Shown: piece after piece, positions 1 through 9,386 of the stretch
How positions within the stretch are numbered: the first letter of the stretch is position 1
Layout of the letters: every line of letters begins with the position of its first letter
NCBI GenBank assembly: GCA_026713285.1
Contig: JAPOOT010000231.1
Span: 1 to 49,306, forward strand
Direction: 5' to 3'
Length of the DNA: 49,306 bases
Source of the DNA: Gemmatimonadota bacterium
Lineage (GTDB): Bacteria; JAAXHH01
Notes under the pieces: generated by a model
What the model was told of the DNA's origin: nothing
Databases searched by the model: none
The model's input: only the letters and a program-made list of their open reading frames with translations
Program-made: the position numbers and the translations under genes

Positions 1-2154
1 ACCGGTGCGCACGACGGCCGTGAAGATGGCGACTCGACTGGTTCCGGCAAAAGCGATCTCTCAGGCAATGGCCGGCCCGACCACGAACCCCGGGCCATAC
101 GCCTGACCGAGCTCGACTGCCTCGTAAACAAGGCGATCATCGATGCGCGTAACGGGGTCACCGGCGGTCTGCGGACCGAACAGTCCGACGAGATCGTGGA
201 TGAGCTCGCGGCGCTGAACGCGGCCAGGCCCCAGTCCTCCTTTCACAAAGGATTCGCTGACGCGGTATTCGGAAGGAGCCCCGCCCGTCGTATCGGAGCA
301 GATGCCAACCGCTGGTACTGGGCCGGCGTCGTTCGAGGCAGGGCCTATCTGTCGGATTATGACGGAATCATACAGCATTTTGACGAAAACGCGATCGTGC
401 GGAGCCTGGGCGACGGAGAGGACGCGGCCTCGGATGAAGCGGCCATACACGTGGTCCAGGCGTTGAGGAAGGCGGAGCGTCACGCCGAAACGGCCGACTT
501 CGTGGAGGTCGCGGCCCTCGGGGACCCGGTCGGCGAGCTGTTCGGAGAACTGCTGGAGATCGGTACCGAATTGCTTCGGGGGGAACGTCCGGGTGAGGCG
601 CGGATGGTATTTGCCTTGTTGATGGACGCCGAGAACATGCTGCGGAAACTCGGACTCTCGCACGGGGATGACCGGTTTCTGACGGTACGCCGGAGGCAGG
701 CGCATACGCTGCGCAAGTTGCACGAGCACGAACAGGCCGAGAAACTGCTACGGGATATCCTCGAGATGAATCCGAATCCGGAAATCCGGGCCATGATCAG
801 CGCGGATCTGGGGTTGCTTGAAGGCGGATTCGCGGAGCTGGAGGAGGTATACCTTCCGCTTGAGCAGGAAGGGGTGGGTGATTTCTTAGAGCGACTGCGG
901 GCCGGCGAGCGGATGTTCAGGGAGTCCATCCGTAACGACGTACCATATTCAGGCCATGGCCATTACTGCCTCGGGGCACTCGCCCTCGCAGATGGAGACT
1001 ACACCTCGGCGGCCTTTCATCTAGAGCGGGCCCGGGGTCTCTTCAACAGTCGAAAGCCGTCCTATGGAGCAGCCCTTGCGGGCAGAGCGGATTTGTACGC
1101 CGGTATCGCCAAGGCGGCACAGGCGGAATCCGTCGGTGATCTGTCCTACGCCGCGCAAATTATCACGACTGCCGTGGCTTCAGATACGCCCATTCCGGCT
1201 TATCTGATCAGACCGGCTGCCGAGGGATTGGAGCTGCTGGGATCCGCGGAAGTCCAATCGGGTTTCTGCGCGGCCGTCCTCGAATCGGATCAGGGAGGGG
1301 CACTGGATGTCTTCGTGAACCTCGATGCGGCCTTGACCACCGAGCCGGTTACGGAAGCGCTTCGCCGACGGGCCCGGGAACTCGGTAAAACGGAAGCCGC
1401 TGCCGCCGACCTGCAAAGGTGTTTCGAAGGTTGCATGAAGGCCGGACGCCATGAGGACGCCCGGACGGTCCTGGACGAACTGGAAGTGCTGTCCATAGGC
1501 GGAGTCGGCGAGGCGGCCTTCCACGACTTGCTGATGAATACCGAGTATCTCCAACCCGCCTGGGAAAGGGATGAGGCGGTGGTTGCACAGGTCCGGTGCC
1601 TCGAAGCCAAGGGGGACTTGGAAAACGCCATGGCGAAATCAGTCCCCTTGTTCCATGAAGCACTGACAAAGGGCAACATCGACGAGGCGCGGGGAATCTA
1701 CGAGAACATGCGCGGCTATGGGCTTCCTGATTCCCATTACCAGGAGGTGAAGAGCCGTCTGGACGGGGTGATCCGTCAATATGAATCGTCCGAGACCGGA
1801 CAGGACGACAGCGCCCCGAGGCAGCGTACGCGGCCGGTACGGGTCCTGTTTGTCGGTGGGGACGAAAACCAGCAGAAACTGGTGCCGGCGGTCCGGGAGC
1901 AGTTGAAGGAACGCGCACCCCACGTGGAAGTGCAGTTCATCTTCCCGGGCTGGAGCGGCAACTGGCCTCCACACCTTGAACGGGTTAGGAAAGAACTGGA
2001 AGGGCACGACGTAGTGGTACTGTTGCGCTTCATGCGCACGCACCTGGGCCGCGAGATCCGGAAGGCCTGCCAAGACATGCCCTGGCGCTCCTGCTGGCCG
2101 TCCGGCGCAGGTGGAATAACGGAGTCCATCATCTCCGCCGCGGAATCAGTTTAG
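1..2154 (+). CDS. Large alpha-helical (TPR-like) protein with C-terminal DUF2325-like domain; probably 5-prime-truncated by the window edge
   Basis: Track ORF 196..2154 starts at a GTG, but the same frame has no stop codon back to nt 1, so the gene may begin upstream of the window. The last ~100 aa (RVLFVGGDENQ...GHDVVVLLRFMRTHLGREIRKAC) fit the DUF2325 pattern as I remember it (VGGD ... acidic-VVVLL ... H ... basic). The rest is Leu/Ala/Glu-rich helical repeat with no catalytic motif I recognise. Antisense ORFs (61..729, 480..929 and others) look like high-GC shadow ORFs. Confidence 0.6.
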   Translation, partial: TGAHDGREDGDSTGSGKSDLSGNGRPDHEPRAIRLTELDCLVNKAIIDARNGVTGGLRTEQSDEIVDELAALNAARPQSSFHKGFADAVFGRSPARRIGADANRWYWAGVVRGRAYLSDYDGIIQHFDENAIVRSLGDGEDAASDEAAIHVVQALRKAERHAETADFVEVAALGDPVGELFGELLEIGTELLRGERPGEARMVFALLMDAENMLRKLGLSHGDDRFLTVRRRQAHTLRKLHEHEQAEKLLRDILEMNPNPEIRAMISADLGLLEGGFAELEEVYLPLEQEGVGDFLERLRAGERMFRESIRNDVPYSGHGHYCLGALALADGDYTSAAFHLERARGLFNSRKPSYGAALAGRADLYAGIAKAAQAESVGDLSYAAQIITTAVASDTPIPAYLIRPAAEGLELLGSAEVQSGFCAAVLESDQGGALDVFVNLDAALTTEPVTEALRRRARELGKTEAAAADLQRCFEGCMKAGRHEDARTVLDELEVLSIGGVGEAAFHDLLMNTEYLQPAWERDEAVVAQVRCLEAKGDLENAMAKSVPLFHEALTKGNIDEARGIYENMRGYGLPDSHYQEVKSRLDGVIRQYESSETGQDDSAPRQRTRPVRVLFVGGDENQQKLVPAVREQLKERAPHVEVQFIFPGWSGNWPPHLERVRKELEGHDVVVLLRFMRTHLGREIRKACQDMPWRSCWPSGAGGITESIISAAESV

Positions 2155-2287
2155 TCGCGATGCAGGTATTTCCCGATGCAGACACGGTTGCGGAGACAGG
2201 GAAACCGCGGCGCCGCTCCAAATTTCCTATTTCCAAGACAAACTATTCCTGAAAAACTGCCTCTCGCCGGTTTATGATGAATCAGGG

Positions 2288-3508
2288 TTAATTTGAATTC
2301 AGCCCCTTCACCGCCCCCTCGATCCTTTCCAGTGCCTCCGCAAGAATCGACCGGGGGCAGGCGATGTTGATCCGCTCGAAGCCCTCGCCCTCCGCCCCGA
2401 ATATGTACCCCTCGTCGAGGAAAACGCGCGCTTGTTCCATCATGAGGCGCTGGAGGGCGTCCTTGTCCAGGCCCAGGCGCGTGAAATCCACCCAGACGAG
2501 GTAGGTGCCTTCGGTTTCGATGACCTGAATCTCGGGCAGCCGCTCGCGGAAGAAGGAGTCGAGAAACCGGAAATTCCCTTCCAGGTAGGCGAGGAGTTGG
2601 TCCAGCCATTCCTCCCCGTGGTCATAGGCGGCTTCGACGGCCGCGATGCCGAAGGGGTTGAGGGTGAACAAGCCGGCGCTGCGGACAGTCTGCTGAAAGG
2701 TCTCCCTCAGTTCCGGGTCGGGAATCATCATGTTCGAAGCCTGCAGGGCGGCGAGATTGAAGGTCTTGCTGGGCGAAGTGCAGATGATCGACCGTTCCTC
2801 ATATTCCTCGCCGAGCGTGGCATAGGCCGTGAAGGTCCGGTCTCCGAGGATCAGATCGCAGTGGATTTCGTCGGAGACGACCAGCACGTCGTTATCCATG
2901 CAGATCCGGCCGAAGCGCCGCAGTTCTTCCGCCGTCCAGACCCGGCCGACGGGATTGTGCGGGCTGCACAGAATGGCCAGTTTTACCTCGGGATCGGCAC
3001 ATTTTGCTTCCAGATCATCAAAATCCATGTAGTACCGGCCGTTCTCATACCGCAGCGGGTTCAACGCCGGTACCGTCTGAAGATTCTCGATGGCGTTGAA
3101 AAAGGGATAGTACACCGGAGGTTGAACCAGCACCTTGTCGCCCGGGTTCGTGTAGGCCGAGACCAGCAGATGCAGGGCGGGTACGATGCCGGGTGTAAAG
3201 CAGATGGTACCGGGATCGACGGTCCAGCCATGGCGCCGCTTCATCCACCGAACCACGGCGTCATAATAGGACGGCGACGGGAAGGCGTAACCGTAAACGC
3301 CCATGCGGGCGATATCGGTCACCGCGTCGACCACAGGCTGCGGGCACGGAAAGTCCATATCCGCGACCCAAAGCGGCAGTACGGGTTTTTCGTGCCGGCC
3401 GGCGTCGGTCTCGTCCCAGGGTACGATGGCCCCATCCCGTTTCACAAAGTCCCATTTGTAGGAATTGGTGCCGTTGCGATTGATGATCCGGTCGAAATCA
3501 TAGTTCAT
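2288..3508 (-). CDS. PLP-dependent C-S lyase (cystathionine beta-lyase), MalY/PatB family
   Basis: MNYDFDRIINRNGTNSYKWD is the typical N-terminus of this family. Also present are SPHNPVGRVW and SPSKTFNLAALQ (PLP-lysine context). I moved the start from track 3625 to ATG 3508, because the upstream 39 codons have no family counterpart. Confidence 0.85.
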   Translation of the reverse strand: MNYDFDRIINRNGTNSYKWDFVKRDGAIVPWDETDAGRHEKPVLPLWVADMDFPCPQPVVDAVTDIARMGVYGYAFPSPSYYDAVVRWMKRRHGWTVDPGTICFTPGIVPALHLLVSAYTNPGDKVLVQPPVYYPFFNAIENLQTVPALNPLRYENGRYYMDFDDLEAKCADPEVKLAILCSPHNPVGRVWTAEELRRFGRICMDNDVLVVSDEIHCDLILGDRTFTAYATLGEEYEERSIICTSPSKTFNLAALQASNMMIPDPELRETFQQTVRSAGLFTLNPFGIAAVEAAYDHGEEWLDQLLAYLEGNFRFLDSFFRERLPEIQVIETEGTYLVWVDFTRLGLDKDALQRLMMEQARVFLDEGYIFGAEGEGFERINIACPRSILAEALERIEGAVKGLNSN

Positions 3509-3778
3509 GGGGAGGCATTCTCCATCAAAAACGGGGATATGGGGAGGCATCTGGAACACGTGCGGACGGCGACGTATTTTAACAGGTCCCGGCGCCGGTG
3601 TCAATTTGCATTTAACGGTTGCCAACCATGGGCGGATCCTGTACCATCATGACTCGGTGGCTTCCCGGGAAGCCGCCGCCTTGTACACCCTGATACCTCG
3701 AAGAAGAAAGCGCGATCGGCGGGTCAGTGTCGTCTGTCGCGGGCACTTCGGACCGGCGCCGATCCTCGCCCATCACGC

Positions 3779-5899
3779 ATGAGCATTGTCAAAAAACTAC
3801 AAAGCCTGCCTCCGGGTGAGATCTCCGTCATAGCGGGTGTGGGCCAGCGGGCGGGAATCCCCGCGCGGGAAGCCGATGCCGGGTGGCCCATGGGCGTGGC
3901 GCGTCGGCCCGACGGCGACCTGATCGTGATCGACTACCAGTGGCATCGCATCTGGCGGATCGATCGCGATGGCACGCTGCACGCCTTTGCCGGGGACGGT
4001 ATCGCGGGCAATTCGGGCGACGGCGGTCCGGCCGCCGAAGCGCGGTTCCGCCACCCCCATGATCTAAACCAGGACCGCCATGGCAATCTCTATCTGTCGG
4101 ATCTGGGCAACAACACGATACGCAGAATCGATTACGAGACCGGCATTATCACACGCGTTGCAGGTAACGGGGAGATTGGCCGGGGCGGCGACGGCGGGCC
4201 GGCCCTGGACGCCGAACTGGACTGTACCTGCGGCGTGGCCGTGGACCCCGACGGGAACGTGTACCTGTCAAGCGAGTGGACCAACAACATCCGCCGCATC
4301 GACGCGCAGACCGGGATCGTCGAAACGGTATTCGGCCATCACGCCCGGCACTATCCATCCGAACGGGGTGACAGCCGGCCATACTCGGGCAGGGGACTGA
4401 GCCTGGGAGGATACCACGGCGACGGTGGTCCGGCGAAGGAAGCCGGATTCAACCACCCGGAGCATCTCGCCTTCGACTCAACGGGCGATCTATATGTGTG
4501 CGACAATTCCAACGACCGGGTGCGCAGGATCGACATGCGAGCCGGGACCATAGACACGGTCCTGGGCAATGGACAGCGCGCCTCCAACGGGGACGGCGGT
4601 CCGGCCGCCGAGGCGAGCACGCTCATGCCGGACGCGATCTGCCTGGATGTCCACGACAACCTCTACGTCGGCGAGAAGTACGGCTTCCGGGTCCGCAAGG
4701 TGGAGCGGGAGACCGGACTCGTCCGTACGCTCGTCGGCACCGGCGAACCGGGATTCGGCGAAGAGGGGCTGCCTGGCCTCATCACCCGGTGCAACTCAGT
4801 GGAAGCGGGGATCTGCGCCGATCCGGACGGCACGGTTTTCTGGGGCGACTGCTCCGGCCGGCTCAGGCGGTGCGACGGAGTTACCGGGATCGTAACCACC
4901 GTCCTCGGCGGCACCAGCGTACACGACGGCGAGCACGCCAGGGCCGGGTTTCTCAACGGCCCGGGCGGCCTGTCGGTCGGCCCCGGCGGCACGATCCATA
5001 TCGCCGACGTGTGGAATCAACGCATCCGGTCCATCGACCCGGACACCGGGATCGTCCGAACCATTGCCGGCACCGGTGCGCGGGCCTACGGCGGTGACAA
5101 CGGTCCAGCTGTCGACGCCCACCTGGGCAATCCTCACGACGTGTCGGTGGATCGCGCCGGCCGCGTGGTCATCGCCGATACGCGGCACGGCCACGTGCGT
5201 AGGATCGATCGAGACGGCGTTATCCGCAATGTCGCTGGTGCGGCCTTTCAGTGGGACAAGGGAGACGGCGGTCCGGCCCTGAGCGCGTGCCTGATGCACG
5301 TCCTCGCCGTGACCCACGGTCCCGATGACGACATATACATCGGCGATGCCGGTTGCGGGCGCATCAGGCGAGTAGACGCGCGAACGGGTATCATCACCAC
5401 GGTCGCGGGCATCGGCCTGCATGGATATTCGGGCGACGGCGGACCGGCGATCCGGGCGCGGATCGGCTCGCCCACGGCCATTCGAGTAGACGGTTCGGGC
5501 CACCTCTACTTCGCGGACGACCGATATCATGTCATCCGGCGGGTGGACGCAGATACCGGGGTTATTTCCACTTTGGCCGGGACCGGAGAAGCGGGCATGG
5601 CACCGGACGGTACAAGGGCTGCCAGCGCTGCAATATCGGTTCCCCGCGGCCTGGCACTGGACAAAGAAGGACGTGTATACTTTTCCGACTCGGGCAACAA
5701 CCGCGTGCGGCGCATTTCCGGGAACGGCCTGATGGAGACCGTCGCCGGCAGTGGGGATTATAGCGACACCGACCAGTCGGTGCCGGCACTGGATGCGCCG
5801 TTGAACGAGCCCCATGGCCTGTGTTTCTTCGGCGATGACGTGCTGCTCGTCAGCGACCACTACAACAATCGGTTGAAGGCGGTCCGGATCGGAGACTGA
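3779..5899 (+). CDS. NHL-repeat beta-propeller protein (about 12 blades)
   Basis: About 12 copies of the NHL-type unit, e.g. GDGGPAAEARFRHPHDLNQDRHGNLYLSDLGNNTIRRID. GDGGPA recurs at regular ~55-60 aa spacing. No obvious N-terminal signal peptide. Confidence 0.85.
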   Translation: MSIVKKLQSLPPGEISVIAGVGQRAGIPAREADAGWPMGVARRPDGDLIVIDYQWHRIWRIDRDGTLHAFAGDGIAGNSGDGGPAAEARFRHPHDLNQDRHGNLYLSDLGNNTIRRIDYETGIITRVAGNGEIGRGGDGGPALDAELDCTCGVAVDPDGNVYLSSEWTNNIRRIDAQTGIVETVFGHHARHYPSERGDSRPYSGRGLSLGGYHGDGGPAKEAGFNHPEHLAFDSTGDLYVCDNSNDRVRRIDMRAGTIDTVLGNGQRASNGDGGPAAEASTLMPDAICLDVHDNLYVGEKYGFRVRKVERETGLVRTLVGTGEPGFGEEGLPGLITRCNSVEAGICADPDGTVFWGDCSGRLRRCDGVTGIVTTVLGGTSVHDGEHARAGFLNGPGGLSVGPGGTIHIADVWNQRIRSIDPDTGIVRTIAGTGARAYGGDNGPAVDAHLGNPHDVSVDRAGRVVIADTRHGHVRRIDRDGVIRNVAGAAFQWDKGDGGPALSACLMHVLAVTHGPDDDIYIGDAGCGRIRRVDARTGIITTVAGIGLHGYSGDGGPAIRARIGSPTAIRVDGSGHLYFADDRYHVIRRVDADTGVISTLAGTGEAGMAPDGTRAASAAISVPRGLALDKEGRVYFSDSGNNRVRRISGNGLMETVAGSGDYSDTDQSVPALDAPLNEPHGLCFFGDDVLLVSDHYNNRLKAVRIGD

Positions 5900-5952
5900 G
5901 CAGGGATTGAAGTCGGAATGCCTGTAGTTGCGCATGCGAGATAGGTATTGAA

Positions 5953-6016
5953 TTGGGCAATCCTTTAAAGTGGGCAATCCTTTAAGGTGGGCAATCCGCA
6001 TTGAAGTGGGCAATCC
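5953..6016. repeat. Four copies of an 11-nt core (T/G)TGGGCAATCC at 17/17/19-bp spacing
   Basis: Cores lie at 5953-5963, 5970-5980, 5987-5997 and 6006-6016, read directly. The array sits in the gap between the NHL gene stop (5899) and the enolase-family start (6067). Confidence 0.9.
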
Positions 6017-6066
6017 GTGAATGGGACGGGATGTCGCGATCGATTTAAATTCAGACGGGAGAACGG

Positions 6067-7197
6067 ATGAAGATCACCGAAATAAAAACCGCCGATGTCC
6101 CAGTTAAATCAGGGAATACCATTTACCGGTACCATTATGTTCGCGTATACACGGACGAGGGGGTATACGGCACGGGGGAAGCCAGTCACGTCGACGGCGG
6201 CTGGCGGGAGTCGACCCGGCACATGGCGAAGATGATTATCGGCATGGACCCGAGGGACGTGGATGCCTGTTTCGAGTACATCCGTCGAAGGTACATCTTC
6301 ATGGGCGGTGCGGGCGGCGCTTCGATCTCCGCGCTCACAGGCATCGAGGTAGCCCTGTGGGACCTGGCCGGAAAGGCCCAGGGCGTCCCCGTCTACCGGC
6401 TTCTGGGCGGCAAGTTCCGTGACCGGGTTCGTCTATACGTGGACAGTGCCCACGCCGACTACAACGAACGTGCCGCGGAGGTGCGGGAACAGGGTTTCAC
6501 AGCGATCAAGTTCGATCTCGACGACGCGGATAACCCACACAAGCTGGATCCGTGGAACTGGTCGGTGACGCCCGATGAACTCAAGTCCCTGGTGGATGAA
6601 GCGTACGCGATCCGCGAGGGCATCGGACCGTCTCTTGATCTTGCCATCGACCTGCATGGCAGGTATGACGCCACCGCGGGGATGAAAATGGCCCAGGAAC
6701 TCGAACCGCTGAATCTCCTGTGGCTTGAAGAGCCGGTTCCCCCCGAGAACATCGACGCCCTGGCCAAGATCACGCAGGCCACGGGGACGCCCATCTGCGT
6801 CGGCGAAAACCTCTATCTTCGCCATGGGTTCCGCGACCTGCTGCAGCAGCAGGCCGCCGATATTATCATGCCGGATATATCGAAATGCGGCGGCCTGTCG
6901 GAATGCCGAAAGATCGCCAACATGGCCGAGATGTACTACGTTCCATTCGCTCCGCACAACAACTCCAGCGCGTTGAGCACGGTTGGGGACGCCCACGTCT
7001 GCGCGAGTGTCCCGAATTTCCTGGCACTGGAATACCACCGTTTCGACGATCCTGCATGGAATGACGTGCTGGCGACGGACGAGTCGGTGATCCAGGACGG
7101 ACACGTGGTGATGACGGAAGCGCCGGGTCTGGGCGTTGAACTGAACGAGGAGTTTCTTGCTTCGCAGATGGATGATGGGGATATTTTGTGGCAGTGA
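6067..7197 (+). CDS. Enolase-superfamily enzyme (mandelate racemase/muconate lactonizing family, galactonate-dehydratase-like)
   Basis: MKITEIKT N-terminus, VRVYTDEGVYGTGEA, KFDLDD, DLHGRY, LWLEEP, GENLY, DIIMPDISKCGG and APHN blocks. A GGGAG Shine-Dalgarno-like motif lies just upstream. Confidence 0.85.
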   Translation: MKITEIKTADVPVKSGNTIYRYHYVRVYTDEGVYGTGEASHVDGGWRESTRHMAKMIIGMDPRDVDACFEYIRRRYIFMGGAGGASISALTGIEVALWDLAGKAQGVPVYRLLGGKFRDRVRLYVDSAHADYNERAAEVREQGFTAIKFDLDDADNPHKLDPWNWSVTPDELKSLVDEAYAIREGIGPSLDLAIDLHGRYDATAGMKMAQELEPLNLLWLEEPVPPENIDALAKITQATGTPICVGENLYLRHGFRDLLQQQAADIIMPDISKCGGLSECRKIANMAEMYYVPFAPHNNSSALSTVGDAHVCASVPNFLALEYHRFDDPAWNDVLATDESVIQDGHVVMTEAPGLGVELNEEFLASQMDDGDILWQ

Positions 7198-7265
7198 GCC
7201 AACTGCCTGGTTATTCGAGACTACTGTGTCAGGACGGCAATAGCCACTCATGGTGAGGAGGCAAC

Positions 7266-7649
7266 ATGCACTGGTACATCGATGTATTGAGGAAGTACAC
7301 GGTTTTCAGCGGGAGGGCGCGAAGGAAGGAATTCTGGATGTTTTTTCTTTTCTCCGCACTCATTTCCATATTCCTCGCCGTGATCGACGAGTTTATGGGG
7401 TGGAGATTCGAGATGGGCGGAGAAAACCTTGGATTCCTCAGTACCCTTTATTCTCTCGCCGTCATCATTCCCTATCTCGCTGTGGTGTTCAGACGCCTGC
7501 ACGACACCGACCGCAGCGGATGGTGGTTTCTGATCGCGTTTATTCCGATTGTCGGGATTATAGTGCTCCTGGTGTTCCTGATCCTGGACGGAACCAAGGG
7601 TGAAAACCGGTTCGGACCGGACCCCAAGACGGCAACGGCCCGGTGGTAA
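7266..7649 (+). CDS. DUF805 family inner-membrane protein (YhaH/YhaI-like)
   Basis: YTVFSGRARRKEFWMFFLF ... VVFRRLHDTDRSGWWFLI ... GENRFGPDP is the classic DUF805 signature. GAGGAGG precedes the ATG. Confidence 0.85.
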   Translation: MHWYIDVLRKYTVFSGRARRKEFWMFFLFSALISIFLAVIDEFMGWRFEMGGENLGFLSTLYSLAVIIPYLAVVFRRLHDTDRSGWWFLIAFIPIVGIIVLLVFLILDGTKGENRFGPDPKTATARW

Positions 7650-7694
7650 GAGGCCGGCGATACCAGTAGAGGCGGACCTGTTCCGTTGTTCGAG

Positions 7695-8018
7695 TCAAGA
7701 TCTCGGCTGAACGATGCTGTCCCGGACCTGGCGCATGAGTTCGCCGTTTTTTGCCCGGGCCGCATCCATGATCAGGAACAGGTCGATTATCGTCCAGATG
7801 AACAACCCGCCGAGTGTCAGAATTTTTGCGATGCCCAGGCCTATGTCGCCGACGTAGAAACGGTCTAAACCGATCGTACCACCCATGATGCTGAGAACGA
7901 GGGCAACATTAGGGTCTTTTCGACGGGTCCCGTACTGCACATCGAATCGCAAACGTTCATCGTTTGACAGTTCCTTTTTCGCCAGGTTCGCTTCCTGGAT
8001 CTCCATTACGTTGGACAT
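7695..8018 (-). CDS. TM2 domain-containing membrane protein
   Basis: Two hydrophobic helices flank GLDRFYVGD (the DRF motif of TM2 domains): ALVLSIMGGTIGLDRFYVGDIGLGIAKILTLGGLFIWTIIDLFLI. Confidence 0.8.
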   Translation of the reverse strand: MSNVMEIQEANLAKKELSNDERLRFDVQYGTRRKDPNVALVLSIMGGTIGLDRFYVGDIGLGIAKILTLGGLFIWTIIDLFLIMDAARAKNGELMRQVRDSIVQPRS

Positions 8019-8278
8019 TTCATGATCTCCCGTGGTTTTGTCCCCATGGTTGCGACATAGCGTAATACATATCCGATTGTGGAATGCTCAAGGTGTAAGT
8101 GGACCTTAAATAAGTCAAGTTATTGCATCTCATGTATTGGACAGGTATGACCGGCAAAAAGTTACGTGCACATAGGCCGATCCTCTCATGCGGATTCTGC
8201 CGGAAATTGCAGAACATGATTCAGCAGTACCCGCGATCTTGCAGGTAGTTCTCACGGCACTCCACGAAAGGACAGACC

Positions 8279-9277
8279 ATGATTCGAGTGGGTTCAATTG
8301 GCGTCGGCGGCATGGGCACGCATCAGGCCCGGACATTCGATCAGGTCGATGGTTGCCACCTGGTCGCCTGCGCAGATCCGTCCCCTGAAATGCGCGCGCG
8401 ATTTGAAGAAAACTTTCCAGGCACCGAGGGATTCGATTCGGCCGAGGCGCTCGTCAACAGCGGGAAGGTCGACGCGGTTGTCGTTGCGGTACCTACCGGC
8501 CTTCACTGTGCCGCGGCCTTGACCGCGCTCAACGCAGGCATACCGGTACTGGTGGAAAAACCCATGGCCAGAACGGTGGACGAGTGCCTGAGAATGATCG
8601 AAACAGCGGAACGGAAGGACACCGTGCTGATGGTCGCGCACTGCCGGCGATTCGACTCCTACTGGAAGTCCTGGGGCGCCTGCATTGCATCAGGAGACCT
8701 GGGGTCGCCCATCCTCTGGCGTAACGCCATGGCCGGATTCGGTCCCGGAAGCTGGTACATGGACCACGACCTCGGTGGCGGTCCGCTCATGGACGGCGCC
8801 GTCCACAACTACGATTTCGCGAATTTCCTTTTCGGAGATCCCGAGAGCGTCCTGTCCAGTTCGATAAATATGGACCCCGAATCATCCGCCCAGGACACCA
8901 GTTCCGCCATCGTACGCTACAGGAACGGAAACCAGTTGCTGATGTCATGGAGCTGGGCGGCCCGGGGCAATGGGTTGCACGACATTATCGGACCGAAGGG
9001 TTTTATACAATTCGGTACGGGTGACTTGCCAGATCCTGAAGACGATGAGCCTCACCAGTACTGCTGTTTCACGAACCGCGAAGGCGAGCAGACGCTGATC
9101 AAGTCGAAAGCGGAGCCCGACATGTACGCCTGCCAGGCGGAGCATTTCCTGTCGTGCGTGCGTGGCGATGTCACGTGCCTTTCGCCGGGCACGGAGGCGA
9201 TCAAGGCTATTGCCGTGGCGGACACCATCCTGGAGGCCGGTCCCACTGGCGAGGCGCGGGAGGTTGCCTGGACGTGA
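8279..9277 (+). CDS. Gfo/Idh/MocA family NAD(P)-dependent oxidoreductase
   Basis: N-terminal Rossmann motif IRVGSIGVGGMG and the EKPMA motif. Length and layout are typical. AAAGGA precedes the ATG. Confidence 0.85.
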   Translation: MIRVGSIGVGGMGTHQARTFDQVDGCHLVACADPSPEMRARFEENFPGTEGFDSAEALVNSGKVDAVVVAVPTGLHCAAALTALNAGIPVLVEKPMARTVDECLRMIETAERKDTVLMVAHCRRFDSYWKSWGACIASGDLGSPILWRNAMAGFGPGSWYMDHDLGGGPLMDGAVHNYDFANFLFGDPESVLSSSINMDPESSAQDTSSAIVRYRNGNQLLMSWSWAARGNGLHDIIGPKGFIQFGTGDLPDPEDDEPHQYCCFTNREGEQTLIKSKAEPDMYACQAEHFLSCVRGDVTCLSPGTEAIKAIAVADTILEAGPTGEAREVAWT

Positions 9278-9386
9278 CGGTCCGGCACTCGGCCCTGCCT
9301 GACATGGCATGTTTTTAATAGCCAATCACTATCAGTGAGCACGAATCCACCCCATCGATATTCACCCCATTAATAAGGATCTAACC

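Noticed and set aside
61-729. 222-aa minus-strand ORF at the left edge.
   Set aside because: It is fully embedded antisense in the long + strand frame that stays open from nt 1. Its composition is shadow-ORF-like and no family is recognisable.
3506-3550. 12-nt direct repeat ATGGGGAGGCAT (3507..3518 and 3539..3550) spanning the C-S lyase start codon region.
   Set aside because: There are only two short copies, one of which overlaps the start codon and ribosome-binding region. This could be chance or a small duplication, and is insufficient to call a regulatory site.
4796-6013. 405-aa minus-strand ORF antisense to the NHL-repeat gene, and similar long antisense ORFs (2432..3652 +, 30944..32557 -, 32942..34432 -, 43138..44595 +, 36381..37352 -, 22482..23438 -).
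   Set aside because: In each case the opposite strand encodes a protein with unmistakable family motifs. The antisense translations are Arg/Pro/Gly-rich with no motifs. Stop-free antisense frames are expected in DNA this GC-rich.
5953-6016. Whether any of the tandem-repeat arrays (5953, 10358, 21935, 23440, 36312) is a CRISPR array.
   Set aside because: The units are directly adjacent or separated by only 6-8 nt. There are no unique spacers of 25-40 nt, only 2-4 copies each, and no cas genes in the window.
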